Under the pieces are notes generated by a model that was not told the origin of the DNA, did no database searches, and saw nothing but the letters and a program-made list of their open reading frames with translations. A stretch of DNA of 64,000 bases, taken from the NCBI GenBank assembly GCA_023142915.1, contig JAGLIO010000001.1:126-64125 (forward strand), in the 5' to 3' direction. Source of the stretch: Candidatus Parcubacteria bacterium. GTDB taxonomy: Bacteria > Patescibacteriota > Patescibacteriia > Patescibacteriales > UBA12075. This document shows positions 1 to 11,130 of the stretch, in pieces (the first letter of the stretch is position 1; the number at the start of each line of letters is the position of its first letter). The position numbers and the translations under genes are program-made.

Positions 1-314
1 TTTTCTTTAAAGCCAAAATCTAAATAGTTTTTTACCAAAGTAAATAACTTTCTTTTAGTATTTTTTTCGCTATTAGTCTTAACAATAGCTGAACTTAAAC
101 CGATAAAAACTTCGTCAAGCACTTCTTGATAAATTTCCACCTTGCCGGTGAAATGATAATACAAAGCTCCCTTTGTAATGTTAACTTTTTTAGCAATATC
201 GCTCATGGAGACACCCAAATAGCTATAATCCGAAAAAAGCTGACGAGCGATATCAATAATTTGTTTTTTGGTGTCTTGAATAATATCTTGTTTTTGTGTT
301 TTAATAATTCTCAT
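1..314 (-). CDS. TetR/AcrR family transcriptional regulator (3' end outside window)
   Basis: Manual translation from ATG at 314: MRIIKTQKQDIIQDTKKQIIDIARQLFSDYSYLGVSMSDIAKKLNITKGALYYHFTGKVEIY, a typical TetR HTH; not in the ORF track because it runs off the edge. Confidence 0.9.
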   Translation of the reverse strand, partial: MRIIKTQKQDIIQDTKKQIIDIARQLFSDYSYLGVSMSDIAKKVNITKGALYYHFTGKVEIYQEVLDEVFIGLSSAIVKTNSEKNTKRKLFTLVKNYLDFGFKE

Positions 315-339
315 AATTTTATTATTATAAATTAAGCTA

Positions 340-355
340 CTAACCGAGCGGTTAG
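340..355. promoter_or_regulatory. Putative TetR operator (CTAACCG-AG-CGGTTAG)
   Basis: Perfect 7-bp inverted repeat 26 bp upstream of the TetR start; TetR proteins typically autoregulate through such palindromes. Confidence 0.65.
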
Positions 356-583
356 CAGATATTTATATCTTATTCTATAACAAAAAAAATGTCAACTATG
401 TGCGCGCGCCATGTTCGTAGGGTGAATTTACGCATACTCTTAAATTATCCACAACCTTTTTATCAATATTTCTTAAAAATCAAAAAACACCTCAAATACA
501 GAGATGCTTTTTGATGTGGCGGAGAATGCATTTATTCACAAGTAAAAAGATAGCTAATTTTAAATAATTCCGTAAAATTAAAA

Positions 584-2020
584 TCACCACACCGTCTTCA
601 AAATACTCCGTATATCATCTTTCTTAATCGCGCCTGAAATGAATATTAATAGCAAATAAGCAAAAGCCCCTATGGACATCAAAATTAAAATTGGAAATTG
701 ATTTTTAAAATACATAATTAAAAATCCCATAGCTACTGCTGACGCGCAAGATTTGATAAAAATTAAAGCTACTTTTTTTATATTAAATTTCGTAATTGAC
801 GGCACAACTGACGCGCCAAGAATAAACATTAAAAAATTTGTTGCCAAAACCGTAATACTTGCGCCAATAGCTTGGTATTTTGTAATTAAAATAATATTTA
901 AACATATGCTGGCAATCAAAGTGATTGCCATATTCCTAGTGTTAATTTTTTGCCGATCACAAGCGTTTAAAAGCGCGCCAATCGGAAAATTAACAAAAAT
1001 AAAAAAAAGACTCCCGATTATAATTTGCAAGGGAATAACAGCCGCCATATATTCCGGCTTAAAAATAAGCAAAATTTTATCGGCCAAGACTATGACCCCA
1101 GCGCTAATCGGCAGACTGATAACAATCAAATAATTCAGCGCCCTTGTAAAAGATATTGATAATTGCTCTTTATTTGATTTCCAATATGACGAAAATGCCG
1201 GATAAAGCGATGCCATAAAAGCCAAAGGCAGAAATTGCAAAGCAAATACTATTTTAAAAGGTATTTGATAAAGACCCACATAATAATCTGAAGCCAGTTT
1301 TGATAAAAGCACGGTATCAAAATACATGTAAAAACGCTGCAATATGGCAAAAAGCGCGAAAGGAATTGTTAAGGTTGCCAGCGATCTTATGAAACGCGGA
1401 TTATAATTAAGTTTAATATTTATTTTCCACTTAAACCTAATTAAACTTGAAGAAAAAAGAAAATTAAATATACTGCCAGCTATCATAGCGCCCATTAAAA
1501 ACAAAAGTCCCAAATTCATTTTTAAGACAACCAAACCGATAGTTAAAGCGATTAACTGAAACAAGATGCTGGCAATACTTTCAAATTTTAAATTATGAAA
1601 ACCGCGAATTGTGGAAAAAAAAGTCGTGCTAAAAGAATCCAAAACCATTGCAAAACACGACAAATAAACTAAATACTTTGTGATTTGCGGATATGCCAAA
1701 ATATTTACCAAAAAAACCACAACCGCGATAGACATAAGAGCCAAAGGCAATTTTATGGCAACAACCGAACCGAGTATCTTCTCAACTTCTTTTATTTTTT
1801 CCTTGACTTTAGGCACCTCCCGCATTAAGACATTGGAAAGCCCTAAATCAATAAAAATCGCGAAAATAGTAGTAAAAGAAATAGCAAAATAATATTTGCC
1901 CAAATCACTAGGCAATAAATTGCGGGCGATAATCGTAAAATAACTAAAACTTATTATTTTTTGAACGATTAAGGCTAAAGTGAAATACGATGTGTTTTTC
2001 GCGATATTTAAAATTTTCAT
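584..2020 (-). CDS. Wzx/MurJ-like oligosaccharide flippase (MOP superfamily)
   Basis: 478 aa, multiple TM helices; IARNL..GKYYFA..DLGL and DTVLLS..VGLYQ motifs. Confidence 0.85.
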   Translation of the reverse strand: MKILNIAKNTSYFTLALIVQKIISFSYFTIIARNLLPSDLGKYYFAISFTTIFAIFIDLGLSNVLMREVPKVKEKIKEVEKILGSVVAIKLPLALMSIAVVVFLVNILAYPQITKYLVYLSCFAMVLDSFSTTFFSTIRGFHNLKFESIASILFQLIALTIGLVVLKMNLGLLFLMGAMIAGSIFNFLFSSSLIRFKWKINIKLNYNPRFIRSLATLTIPFALFAILQRFYMYFDTVLLSKLASDYYVGLYQIPFKIVFALQFLPLAFMASLYPAFSSYWKSNKEQLSISFTRALNYLIVISLPISAGVIVLADKILLIFKPEYMAAVIPLQIIIGSLFFIFVNFPIGALLNACDRQKINTRNMAITLIASICLNIILITKYQAIGASITVLATNFLMFILGASVVPSITKFNIKKVALIFIKSCASAVAMGFLIMYFKNQFPILILMSIGAFAYLLLIFISGAIKKDDIRSILKTVW

Positions 2021-2025
2021 TTGGA

Positions 2026-3621
2026 TTAAATTAAACTTTTACCGGCCATTTCCTCGGGTTTCTTAATACCTAGTATTTTTAATATTGTCGGAGCAATATC
2101 GGATAATATACCCTGAGACTTAATCAGACTTAAGTCATTATTGGGAACATCTTTCCAGCCAAAATTCCTTCCTGCATAATCGTTGCCAACCAAAATAAAC
2201 GGAACAGGATTGGCAGTATGCTCTTTGTCCATTCTGCCCATTTGCATATTAAACATAACTTCCGCGTTTCCATGATCAGCGGTAATTATTGCCAAGCCGT
2301 TTTGCTTTAATATTGCCTTAACAACTTTTTCCAAACACTCATCAATACTTTCTATCGCCTTAATTGCCGCTTTAATATTTCCGGTATGCCCGACCATATC
2401 GCAATTGGCAAAATTCACCAAAATAAAATCATACTTATCTTCATTAATATATTGCGTTATTTTTTTTGTTACTTCGCGTGCCGACATCTCGGGTTTCTGA
2501 TCGTAGCTTGAAACCGCCGGCGAAGGAATAAGGATATGATCTTCTCCTGGATTTTTTTCTTCATGTCCGCCGTTAAAAAAATAAGTGACATGCGCGTATT
2601 TTTCCGTTTCCGCTATTCGCAGTTGTTTTAATCCATTTTGCGATAATACGTCTCCCAAAGTAATTGTTATTATATCTTGCGGAAAAGCTACTTTTGCAGG
2701 CAAATATTTTTCATATTCGGTAAAACTTACGAAACAAAGATTTTTTAATAAACGAGAACGTTTAAATCCGGTAAAAGACGATGAAACAAAAGCTTTGGTT
2801 AGCTGTCTAGCTCTGTCAGACCTGTAATTAAAAAAAATAATCGCGTCATTATCATCTACTGCAATAAAATTTTTCTTATCATCGCTAATTACAGTAGGTA
2901 TAAATTCTTCATCAAAATTTTTCTTGCTATAACTGTCTGTTACCGCTCCCATGGCGGAATCGCTTATACTCCCCTTGCCGGCTGTCATTGCCAAATAGGC
3001 TCGCTCTGTTCTATCCCAGTTATTATTTCTATCCATTGCGTAAAAACGGCCTATTACGGAAACAATCTTGCCAAATTTATTTTTTTTCAATTTACGTTCA
3101 ATTTCTCTAATATAATTCTTACCGCTGTTAAACGGAGTGTCTCTTCCATCCAGTATTGCGTGAATATAAATCTCGGTAACATTATTTCGTTTTACCAGTT
3201 CCAGTAAGGCATGCAGATGGTCAATAGTTGAGTGAACAGCCCCGTTGGAGACAAGTCCGACTAAATGAAGTTTTGAATTGTTTTTTTTAACATGACTTAT
3301 GCTTTCCAATAAAATTTCATTATTAAAAAAACTTCCGTCTCCTATGTCCTTATTAATGCGGGATAAATCCTGGTACAAAATACGCCCCATCCCCAGATTA
3401 AGATGCCCGACCTCGCTATTTCCAGACTCCCCCCAAGGCAATCCGACTGCCTCGCCGGAGGCGCGCAATGTTGTTGCCGGATATTCGCTTAACAAGCTAT
3501 CATAAAAGGGAATATTGGCTTGCGTAATCGCGTTTCCGGGATAGTCTTGATTAATTCCCCAGCCATCCAAAATTATCAAAACCAATGGCTTCGGACGCTT
3601 ATTTTTATTAATATTATCCAT
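2026..3621 (-). CDS. gpmI: 2,3-bisphosphoglycerate-independent phosphoglycerate mutase
   Basis: ILDGWG, GNSEVGH, DGRD, GRFYAMDR, AETEKYAHVTYFFNGG, DMVGHTG, TADHGN motifs. Confidence 0.97.
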   Translation of the reverse strand: MDNINKNKRPKPLVLIILDGWGINQDYPGNAITQANIPFYDSLLSEYPATTLRASGEAVGLPWGESGNSEVGHLNLGMGRILYQDLSRINKDIGDGSFFNNEILLESISHVKKNNSKLHLVGLVSNGAVHSTIDHLHALLELVKRNNVTEIYIHAILDGRDTPFNSGKNYIREIERKLKKNKFGKIVSVIGRFYAMDRNNNWDRTERAYLAMTAGKGSISDSAMGAVTDSYSKKNFDEEFIPTVISDDKKNFIAVDDNDAIIFFNYRSDRARQLTKAFVSSSFTGFKRSRLLKNLCFVSFTEYEKYLPAKVAFPQDIITITLGDVLSQNGLKQLRIAETEKYAHVTYFFNGGHEEKNPGEDHILIPSPAVSSYDQKPEMSAREVTKKITQYINEDKYDFILVNFANCDMVGHTGNIKAAIKAIESIDECLEKVVKAILKQNGLAIITADHGNAEVMFNMQMGRMDKEHTANPVPFILVGNDYAGRNFGWKDVPNNDLSLIKSQGILSDIAPTILKILGIKKPEEMAGKSLI

Positions 3622-3625
3622 AAAA

Positions 3626-5206
3626 TTAAAATAAACTTGTCCCCGTCATTTCTTTGGGAGTTTTTTTATTTACAATTTTTAAAACAGTCGGCGCGATATC
3701 GCCTAATATGCCGTTTCTTTTTAATTTTATATTTTTCATATTTTTATTCACAACAACAAATGGAACAGGGTTGGTAGTATGTTCTGTGTGAATTTCTCCG
3801 GTTTTTAAATTCAACATTTTTTCAATATTTCCATGATCAGCCGTAATAACAATTGTTCCATTAACACTTAAATAAGCATCAACAATATCTGAAACGCATT
3901 TGTCAATTGTTTCACAGCATTTAATTCCAGCTTTAATATTTCCTGTGTGCCCGACCATATCAGGGGCGGCAAAATTCAATAAAGTAAAATCATATCTCCA
4001 AGACCTATCGCAGGAATTCTTTAAGCAAAGATTATCAATAACCTTTTTTGTTAATTTTTCCGAACTCATAGGGGGTGTCTGATCATAGGATTTAACATCC
4101 GGAGATGGAACCATATATTGTTCTTCATTGCCGATTTTTCCGGAATATCCGCCATTGAGAAAATAAGTTACATGCGCGTATTTTTCCGTTTCCGCAATAT
4201 ACAGCTGTCTTAAATCAGACAACACCATTGGCAAAGTGCCGCATAAATCTATTCCAGGATATGCTGTTAAAATATCATCAAGATCCGGGCCGAAATCAGT
4301 CATTGCCACAAAATACAAATGCTTTAGCTGTTTTTTTCTGCTGAACGAACCCTTGTTCATTTTCTTAAAATTATTTTGCACAAAAACTTTGGCTAACTGG
4401 CGGCTTCGGTCAGAACGCAAATTAAAAAATATCACGCTATCGCTATCGCTAATTCGCGAACTTTTTCCATTGTCTTCGCCGATTATGCATGGCTCTATAA
4501 ATTCGTCGCTATCGCCGCGATTATATGATTGCGTAATGGCATCTTGAGCATTTTTTGCCAAACGCCCTTTATTTAGAACTAACGCGTCATAAGCTTTCTC
4601 AGTTCTTTCCCATTTCTTTTTACGATCCATTGCGTAAAATCTGCCCATTATGGTTGATATTTTTTCATTATTAAAAAAATTCTTTTCCAAATCATCAACT
4701 AATTGCAAAGAGGCGTATTGCGGCGAATCACGGCCGTCAGTAAATAAATGCAAGCTGACATCTTCCACTTTATTTTTCTTAAGCAAATTCAAAATAGCGA
4801 TAAAATGGCTTGGGTCGCTGTGCGGACTTTGTCCGTTTGACAGCATGCCGATTATATGAATTTTTGAATTCATTTTGCGAGCGTGCCTAATCGCGCCTAA
4901 AAAAGCGGAATTCTTAAAAAAAGTTCCGTCTTTAATACTATTGCTTATTTTCACAACATCCTGCTCCACCAGCCTGCCTGCTCCGATATTCATATGCCCA
5001 GCCTCGCTATTTCCAACTTGCTTAATCGGCAAACCAACATGCTTGCCATGCGCGCGCAATTTTGTAAAAGAATATTTTTTAAACAAAGCGTCCAAAATAG
5101 GAGTTTTTGCCAAAGCAATCGCGTTGCCTTTATTTAACTTATCCATACCCCAGCCATCAAGTACTATTAATATTAGAGGTAGATTGTTATTTGTTTTTTT
5201 TGGCAT
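3626..5206 (-). CDS. gpmI: 2,3-bisphosphoglycerate-independent phosphoglycerate mutase (second paralog)
   Basis: VLDGWG, GNSEAGH, DGRD, GRFYAMDR, AETEKYAHVTY, PDMVGHTG, TADHGN motifs. Confidence 0.96.
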   Translation of the reverse strand: MPKKTNNNLPLILIVLDGWGMDKLNKGNAIALAKTPILDALFKKYSFTKLRAHGKHVGLPIKQVGNSEAGHMNIGAGRLVEQDVVKISNSIKDGTFFKNSAFLGAIRHARKMNSKIHIIGMLSNGQSPHSDPSHFIAILNLLKKNKVEDVSLHLFTDGRDSPQYASLQLVDDLEKNFFNNEKISTIMGRFYAMDRKKKWERTEKAYDALVLNKGRLAKNAQDAITQSYNRGDSDEFIEPCIIGEDNGKSSRISDSDSVIFFNLRSDRSRQLAKVFVQNNFKKMNKGSFSRKKQLKHLYFVAMTDFGPDLDDILTAYPGIDLCGTLPMVLSDLRQLYIAETEKYAHVTYFLNGGYSGKIGNEEQYMVPSPDVKSYDQTPPMSSEKLTKKVIDNLCLKNSCDRSWRYDFTLLNFAAPDMVGHTGNIKAGIKCCETIDKCVSDIVDAYLSVNGTIVITADHGNIEKMLNLKTGEIHTEHTTNPVPFVVVNKNMKNIKLKRNGILGDIAPTVLKIVNKKTPKEMTGTSLF

Positions 5207-5367
5207 ATTTTATCTTTAAATTATGTAATTCAAAATTTACAGAATAAACCATTAAATTAATTATTATTTTTATGTCTTAATTATAACAAAGATGCTGAAT
5301 AATGCCAACAATATTTTAGGCCGCAGTTTGCAAAAACTGCTGCCTATTTCTTTTCTAATTTTTCGCC

Positions 5368-5396
5368 TTGACAACATACTACATAAATACTATTAT
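5368..5396 (+). promoter_or_regulatory. sigma70-type promoter of clpB
   Basis: TTGACA(5368)-17 bp-TATTAT(5391). Confidence 0.7.
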
Positions 5397-5400
5397 GGAA

Positions 5401-5427
5401 TTAGCACTCAGGTGATGAGAGTGCTAA
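5401..5427 (+). promoter_or_regulatory. CIRCE element (HrcA operator)
   Basis: Exact TTAGCACTC-N9-GAGTGCTAA between the promoter and the clpB start. Confidence 0.95.
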
Positions 5428-5455
5428 TTAAAAAACTAATAAATATAATACAAAT

Positions 5456-8089
5456 ATGTTTAATAAATTCACAAACAAATCGCAGGAAGCGATTATTAAC
5501 GCGCAAATTATCGCCCAGGATTATGGACAATCACAGATTGAAAGTTTGCATATTTTTGCCGCGCTTTTAACTCAAAGCCAGAGTTTAATCAAGCCTGTTT
5601 TGGAAAAATTAAAAATTTCACCCGAAGAAGTGGAAGATATGATTTTTAGAAAAATTGAAAATAGGCCAAAATCCCCTGCTCCGATGCGTGAAAACGTGGG
5701 AGCTGTTCAAGGCACGGCTGAAGTGGCAATGGTTTTGGAAAGAGCGAAAAAAGAAGCAGACCAAATGGGCGATGAATATATCTCCACCGAGCATATTCTT
5801 TTGGCTCTTATAGGCATCAAAAGCGAATCGCAGGAGATTCTTTTGCGCCTGGGAGTTGCTTATGAAAATGTTTTAAAAATATTAGCGGAATTGCGTGGCT
5901 CGCAAAAAGTTGACAGCCCCAATCCTGAAACCAAGTATAAGGTTTTAGAAAAATACGCAATTAATTTAACAGAACTGGCAAGACAAAAAAAACTGGATCC
6001 GGTAATCGGCAGAGACGAAGAAATTCGCAGAATAATGCAAGTTTTATCGCGGCGAACCAAAAACAACCCGGTTGTTATCGGCGAGGCAGGGACTGGAAAA
6101 ACCGCTATTGTTGAAGGATTGGCGCAAAGAATTGTTGACGGCGATGTTCCTGAAACTTTAAAAAATAAAGAATTAATCAGTCTTGATTTAGGCGCGCTGG
6201 TAGCCGGCGCGAAATTCAGGGGCGAATTTGAAGATCGCTTAAAAGCGGTTTTAAAAGAAATAAAATCGCGTGAAGGCGAAGTTATTTTGTTTATTGACGA
6301 ATTACACACAATCGTCGGAATTGGCGCTTCCGAAGGCGCGATGGACGCTTCCAATATGCTTAAGCCGGCTTTGGCGCGCGGAGAACTTAAAACAATCGGC
6401 GCCACTACAATTAAAGAATATCAAAAATATATTGAAAGAGACGCTGCTCTGGAAAGGCGTTTTCAGCCGATTTATGTTTCCGAGTCAAGCGCTGAAGACA
6501 CAATCGCGATTTTAAGAGGCATTAAGGAAAAATATGAAGTTCATCACGGAGTAAGAATTACCGATGATGCCATAATGTCCGCTGTTAAACTTTCTTCCAG
6601 ATACATAACCGACCGTTTTTTGCCTGACAAAGCGGTTGACTTGATTGATGAAGCCACAAGCGCGCTAAGAATGGAAATTGATTCAATGCCTGAGGATTTG
6701 GATAAATTAAAAAGAGAAATTAAAAGATTAAAAATTGAAAAAGCAGGATTGCAGCAAGAAAAGAAAAGCAATATTAAAATCAAGCATTTAAGCAAGCAAA
6801 TTGAAGAACTTAAAGAAAAAGCAGACCAAATTGAATTGCATTGGAATAATGAAAAAAATATTATTTCCAAAATCAGCAACAAGAAAAAAGAAATAGACGA
6901 GCTAAAGGCCAAGTCCGAAATTATTGAAAGGCTTGGCGAAGATTTAACTCAAGTCGCGGAAATCAGGTATGCGAAAATTCCAAATCTTGAAAAAGACGTA
7001 AAAAAACTGGAAATTGAATTATTAAATATCCAAAAAAAAGGACAGAGAATATTAAAAGAAGAAATTGACCATGAAGATATTGCCAAAGTCGTTGCCCGCT
7101 GGACAGGAATACCGGTTTCAAAAATGCTTGAATCTGAAATTAAAAAACTGGCAAAAGCCGAAATTGAATTGTCTAAGCGCGTTCGCGGACAAGATGACGC
7201 GATTAAATCCGTTGCCAACGCAATTCGCCGTTCACGAGCCGGAATATCCGAGGAGCAAAAACCAATCGGATCATTTTTATTTGTCGGACCGACCGGCGTT
7301 GGAAAAACCGAACTGGGCAAAACATTGGCGGAATTTATGTTTAACGATGAAAACGCGCTTGTAAGACTGGACATGAGCGAATTTATGGAAAAGCACAGCG
7401 TTGCCCGCATGATCGGCTCCCCTCCCGGATATATCGGGCATGAAGAAGGCGGACAATTAACTGAAAAAATCCGCCGCCGCCCTTACAGCGTAATTTTATT
7501 TGATGAAATTGAAAAAGCCCACCCTGAAGTATTTAATATTCTTTTGCAAATTCTAGACGATGGACGCTTAACAGACGCCAAAGGGCGGGTGGTTAATTTT
7601 AAGCATTCAATTATTATTATGACATCAAATCTTGGCAATGAAGTTATCAAGCAATATTCAATCGGGTTTTCCGATGACAGCGATAAAGAAGAAGCGGTTA
7701 AAACCAGGGATAGCGAGATGAAAGAAAAAATTGACACGATTCTTAAAGAAAATTTTAAGCTGGAATTTTTAAACAGGATTGACGAAATCGTAATATTTAA
7801 AAGCCTTAGCAAAAAAGTATTAACTGAAATAGTTGATCTTGAATTAAATAAACTTGAAAAAAGGCTGCTTGATAAAAATATCAAGCTTAAAATCGCCGCA
7901 AAAGTTAAAAAAATGCTTGCTGAAAAAGGCTATGATATTACTTTTGGCGCCCGTCCGCTAAAAAGAATTATTCAGAACTCAATTCTTGACGAATTGGCCT
8001 TGGAAATTATTGAAGGCAAAATAAAAGAAGGAAATAAAATATCAATTGATTTGGGAATTAAGGATGAGGTGTTAGTTAGAGTTAAATAA
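5456..8089 (+). CDS. clpB: ATP-dependent chaperone ClpB
   Basis: Clp N-domain, two AAA+ modules (GEAGTGKT; GPTGVGKT), long coiled-coil middle domain, 877 aa. Confidence 0.93.
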   Translation: MFNKFTNKSQEAIINAQIIAQDYGQSQIESLHIFAALLTQSQSLIKPVLEKLKISPEEVEDMIFRKIENRPKSPAPMRENVGAVQGTAEVAMVLERAKKEADQMGDEYISTEHILLALIGIKSESQEILLRLGVAYENVLKILAELRGSQKVDSPNPETKYKVLEKYAINLTELARQKKLDPVIGRDEEIRRIMQVLSRRTKNNPVVIGEAGTGKTAIVEGLAQRIVDGDVPETLKNKELISLDLGALVAGAKFRGEFEDRLKAVLKEIKSREGEVILFIDELHTIVGIGASEGAMDASNMLKPALARGELKTIGATTIKEYQKYIERDAALERRFQPIYVSESSAEDTIAILRGIKEKYEVHHGVRITDDAIMSAVKLSSRYITDRFLPDKAVDLIDEATSALRMEIDSMPEDLDKLKREIKRLKIEKAGLQQEKKSNIKIKHLSKQIEELKEKADQIELHWNNEKNIISKISNKKKEIDELKAKSEIIERLGEDLTQVAEIRYAKIPNLEKDVKKLEIELLNIQKKGQRILKEEIDHEDIAKVVARWTGIPVSKMLESEIKKLAKAEIELSKRVRGQDDAIKSVANAIRRSRAGISEEQKPIGSFLFVGPTGVGKTELGKTLAEFMFNDENALVRLDMSEFMEKHSVARMIGSPPGYIGHEEGGQLTEKIRRRPYSVILFDEIEKAHPEVFNILLQILDDGRLTDAKGRVVNFKHSIIIMTSNLGNEVIKQYSIGFSDDSDKEEAVKTRDSEMKEKIDTILKENFKLEFLNRIDEIVIFKSLSKKVLTEIVDLELNKLEKRLLDKNIKLKIAAKVKKMLAEKGYDITFGARPLKRIIQNSILDELALEIIEGKIKEGNKISIDLGIKDEVLVRVK

Positions 8090-8136
8090 GTTATATTTTC
8101 AATAAAAAATACCTGTTTAAGTAGGTATTTTTTGTT
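8070..8136 (+). repeat. clpB 3' end plus terminator, copy A (copy B at 11317-11383)
   Basis: 59/67 ungapped identity with 11317-11383 by manual alignment. Confidence 0.85.
8104..8134 (+). terminator. Intrinsic terminator of clpB
   Basis: AAAAAATACCTG-tttaag-TAGGTATTTTTT hairpin. Confidence 0.75.
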
Positions 8137-8146
8137 CTCTAATTTT

Positions 8147-8209
8147 TTGTAAAAAAACCTAAAATAATGTATAATATTAATATCTTAAATAACTTTAAAA
8201 CTAATTATG
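8147..8209 (+). promoter_or_regulatory. Promoter/leader, copy A (copy B at 13141-13206), driving the HaeIII-like R-M operon
   Basis: TTGTAA-17-TATAAT followed by an AT-rich leader nearly identical to the one before the gene at 13204. Confidence 0.8.
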
Positions 8210-9187
8210 ACTACTGCAAATTCAAGACAAATGACAACAGGCAAATCTTTTGAATATGCGCTTCTTGTTCAATTTGAAGAAAAACTAAAGGATAAAATCA
8301 ATCTTGAAGTTATAAAAAATTCATCTTTTGAAATTGCAAAAGGTTGTTTTGAGAATGTGAGTGGCGCAGAACAAAACGAATATCTACTTTCGGCTAGCTT
8401 TGCTGTTAATTTTCTCATGGACATAGAACCACGACTTTCAAATGATATTGGCAAAAGCGATATTTTACAACTTGAAATTTTATCAGATCAACACGGAAAA
8501 TCTGGTGATGTAAGAGATGTTTTAGCAATACGATTATTACAAAAATGGGAAATTGGCGTATCGGCTAAAAATAATCATCATGCGGTAAAACATTCTCGTT
8601 TATCTGCAAGTATTGATTTTGGTGAAAAATGGCTTGGTGTAAAAACATCCAAAGAATATTTTGATGTCGTTACTCCTATTTTTAAAAATCTTGAAAAAAT
8701 TAAAAAAGAAAGTAATGCAAAGAAAAAATGGAGCGAACTTGGCGACTATCATTCAACAATTTATGTCCCAATCTTGAAAGCTTTCATTAAAGAGTTGCAA
8801 CAACTTTATAAAAAAGATTCTACAAAAATTGCTTCAAGCTTAGTTGCATATCTTGTTGGGAATAAAGATTTTTATAAAGTTATAAAAAGTAAAAACAGCG
8901 TAGAAATACAAGCATATAATATCAACGGAACTTTAAATTTACCTTTTAAGAGCACTACCCCTAAATATAAAACACCTAAAATTCCGTTACCGACAAAAAT
9001 TACTGATATTGACTTCAAAAAAGGTAGTGACACAACTGTAATAGTTACAATGGATAACGACTGGACTCTTTCTTTTCGTATTCATAATGCTAGTTCTAAA
9101 GTTGAATCATCATTAAAGTTTGATATAAATCTTTTGAAATCACCAAAAAAATTATTTAAAAATACGTTAAATATAAGTCACGATTAA
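8207..9187 (+). CDS. HaeIII-family type II restriction endonuclease (probably GGCC)
   Basis: [45 protein letters not shown] motifs of the RE_HaeIII family; adjacent to an M.HaeIII-like methylase. Confidence 0.85.
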   Translation: MTTANSRQMTTGKSFEYALLVQFEEKLKDKINLEVIKNSSFEIAKGCFENVSGAEQNEYLLSASFAVNFLMDIEPRLSNDIGKSDILQLEILSDQHGKSGDVRDVLAIRLLQKWEIGVSAKNNHHAVKHSRLSASIDFGEKWLGVKTSKEYFDVVTPIFKNLEKIKKESNAKKKWSELGDYHSTIYVPILKAFIKELQQLYKKDSTKIASSLVAYLVGNKDFYKVIKSKNSVEIQAYNINGTLNLPFKSTTPKYKTPKIPLPTKITDIDFKKGSDTTVIVTMDNDWTLSFRIHNASSKVESSLKFDINLLKSPKKLFKNTLNISHD

Positions 9188-9189
9188 TT

Positions 9190-10167
9190 ATGAAAATAGT
9201 ATCTTTATTTACAGGTGCAGGCGGTCTTGATCTCGGCTTTGAAAAAGCTGGCTTTAGGGTTGTTTGGGCCAATGAGTTTGATAAAACAATTTGGAAAACA
9301 TTTGAACTGAATTTTCCGCATACAAAATTAGACAAACGAAGCATTGTTGATGTTAAGTCTATTGAAATACCAAAATCAGACGGAATTATTGGCGGACCTC
9401 CTTGCCAAAGTTGGAGTGAGGCAGGTGCTGGTCGTGGGATTGAAGACAAACGAGGTCAGCTTTTTCATGATTATATTCGTTTATTGAAAAAAAAACAACC
9501 TAAATTTTTTCTTGCCGAAAATGTTTCTGGCATTCTTAACCCAAAACATTCTGAAGCTTTTACAAATATAATCAAAAAATTTAAAAGTGCGGGTTATGAA
9601 ATATCGCAAAAATTACTAAATGCAAATGATTTTGATGTTCCGCAAGATCGCAAGCGTGTAATTGTCATTGGATATAGAAAAAATTTGAATAAAAAATTTG
9701 AATTTCCAGAAACACAAAAATATAAACCTGTTTTAAAAGACGCTATTTATGATTTAAGATTAGCTAAACCAGCAAAAGATAAAAACAAAACGAATGGTGA
9801 TAGTTTGAAAATTCCTAATCATGAATATATGAATGGAGGATTTTCTTCAATCTATATGTCCCGAAATCGTGTTCGTTCCTGGAACGAACCATCTTTTACA
9901 ATTCAGGCTGGTGGTCGCCATGCACCTATTCATCCACAAGCCCCCAAAATGAAATTTATTAGCCAGAATAAAAGAATTTTTATTCCCGGAAAAGAACATT
10001 TGTATCGTCGTTTATCAGTTCGGGAATGTGCAAGAATTCAAACTTTTCCCGACAATTTTATTTTTAAATATATAGATATAGCAGACGGCTATAAAATGGT
10101 TGGAAATGCTGTACCTGTAAATTTTGCAAAACGTATTGCACAAAAAATAATGAGTGATTTAAAATAA
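9190..10167 (+). CDS. DNA (cytosine-5) methyltransferase, M.HaeIII-like
   Basis: [31 protein letters not shown] motifs; target-recognition region [21 protein letters not shown] matches M.HaeIII as recalled. Confidence 0.93.
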   Translation: MKIVSLFTGAGGLDLGFEKAGFRVVWANEFDKTIWKTFELNFPHTKLDKRSIVDVKSIEIPKSDGIIGGPPCQSWSEAGAGRGIEDKRGQLFHDYIRLLKKKQPKFFLAENVSGILNPKHSEAFTNIIKKFKSAGYEISQKLLNANDFDVPQDRKRVIVIGYRKNLNKKFEFPETQKYKPVLKDAIYDLRLAKPAKDKNKTNGDSLKIPNHEYMNGGFSSIYMSRNRVRSWNEPSFTIQAGGRHAPIHPQAPKMKFISQNKRIFIPGKEHLYRRLSVRECARIQTFPDNFIFKYIDIADGYKMVGNAVPVNFAKRIAQKIMSDLK

Positions 10168-10170
10168 ATT

Positions 10171-10257
10171 ATGTTTATAAAAACTTTACAAATTAAAAAT
10201 TTTGTAACTACTCAGGTTCTTTTGTTAAATAATCCTTATTCTAACCCGTCAAAATGA
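10171..10257 (+). pseudogene. Possible remnant N-terminus of an ABC/SMC-type (OLD/AAA_15-like) ATPase
   Basis: 28-codon ORF MFIKTLQIKNFVTTQ...; the first 11 aa resemble the conserved N-terminal strand of these ATPases. Confidence 0.3.
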
Positions 10258-10306
10258 ACAAAATTTATATTTTTGAAAAATTAATAAGAATATTAAACAA
10301 AAAATA

Positions 10307-10465
10307 ATGTTAAAAAACATAAAAAAACCCTATTTAATAATCACCTGTTTTATTATTTTTGCCTGTTTAAGCGCGGAATCGCTGGCGGCGGTTTTTGATC
10401 CTAATTATATAATCAGCGATGAAGAAATATTGGGCTCAGACTCAATGACGAGCGCGCAAATTTGA
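10307..10465 (+). pseudogene. Truncated 52-codon duplicate of the 5' end of the gene at 13204
   Basis: MLKNIKKPYLIITCFIIFACLSAESLAAVFDPNYIISDEEILGSDSMTSAQI* versus MPKNIKKSYLIITCFIIFACLSAESLAAVFDPNYIISDEEIFDSSSMTLSEID. Confidence 0.9.
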
Positions 10466-10516
10466 CTTTTGCCGTATCTTTTGCTAATTTATAATCAATA
10501 AATAATTTTACGGCTT

Positions 10517-10897
10517 ATGAAAAAAGTTTTATTCAGCGCAACTGATCCTTTAGGCAATGAAATAAAACTGCTTAAAGAGACATTTGAAAAACATATTATT
10601 GTCAGGCACCCTGAAATGAAAAACCATATTCAAGATATTAAACAAGCAGTAAAACATCCGCTCTATATCGGAAGCGGAGCCAAAAGCAAAAATTCAATAA
10701 TTTATTTAAGCGTTTTTCCTAATCAAAATACTCCTTATATTATCGTAGCTGTTAAAAGAATAAAGAAGACCAACAAAATAATTTTAACAGCGTTCAGTGC
10801 TAAAAATCTGGGATTAAATAAAATAAATAAAATTTTATGGCAAGAAAAAAATCCAAAAAACTTAATTATTCCTACTCTCCGGCCACGCAAGAACTGA
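10517..10897 (+). CDS. Putative BECR-fold (PBECR2/DUF4258-like) RNase toxin
   Basis: DPLGNEIKL..HI..RHPEM..IKQAVKHP..YIIVAVK..IILTAF pattern; overlaps a DUF2283-like gene. Confidence 0.55.
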   Translation: MKKVLFSATDPLGNEIKLLKETFEKHIIVRHPEMKNHIQDIKQAVKHPLYIGSGAKSKNSIIYLSVFPNQNTPYIIVAVKRIKKTNKIILTAFSAKNLGLNKINKILWQEKNPKNLIIPTLRPRKN

Positions 10898-11130
10898 TGA
10901 TTACAACTGTTGAACAAAAAGATTTGGGCAAAGTTGAAAATATTATGCTGGACAGCGACCACTATCTGCAATGGGATCCAATGGCAAAGGAGTTGGTCGG
11001 TTTTTTTATTTTATTTGTTGGCGCTGATGAAAAAAAAGAACAGTTTCATAGTTTTCCGCAAGCAAAAGAGCTAAAATCAATTGGTTTTAATAATTTTTTC
11101 AAACAGCTTGGAAATATTTGCGCTGGCTAA
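10837..11130 (+). CDS. Putative DUF2283-like antitoxin
   Basis: YSYSPATQELMI..LQWDPMAKELVGFFI resembles the YDxxxDxLYI..D..GxxVG.EI pattern; directly downstream of the toxin-like gene. Confidence 0.45.
   Translation: MARKKSKKLNYSYSPATQELMITTVEQKDLGKVENIMLDSDHYLQWDPMAKELVGFFILFVGADEKKEQFHSFPQAKELKSIGFNNFFKQLGNICAG

Noticed and set aside
126-335. 69-aa plus-strand ORF
   Set aside because: Antisense to a clear TetR gene
5860-7884. Long antisense ORFs inside clpB (similarly inside gpmI, ileS 55499-56152, and pilT)
   Set aside because: Shadow ORFs of well-supported genes with no recognisable motifs
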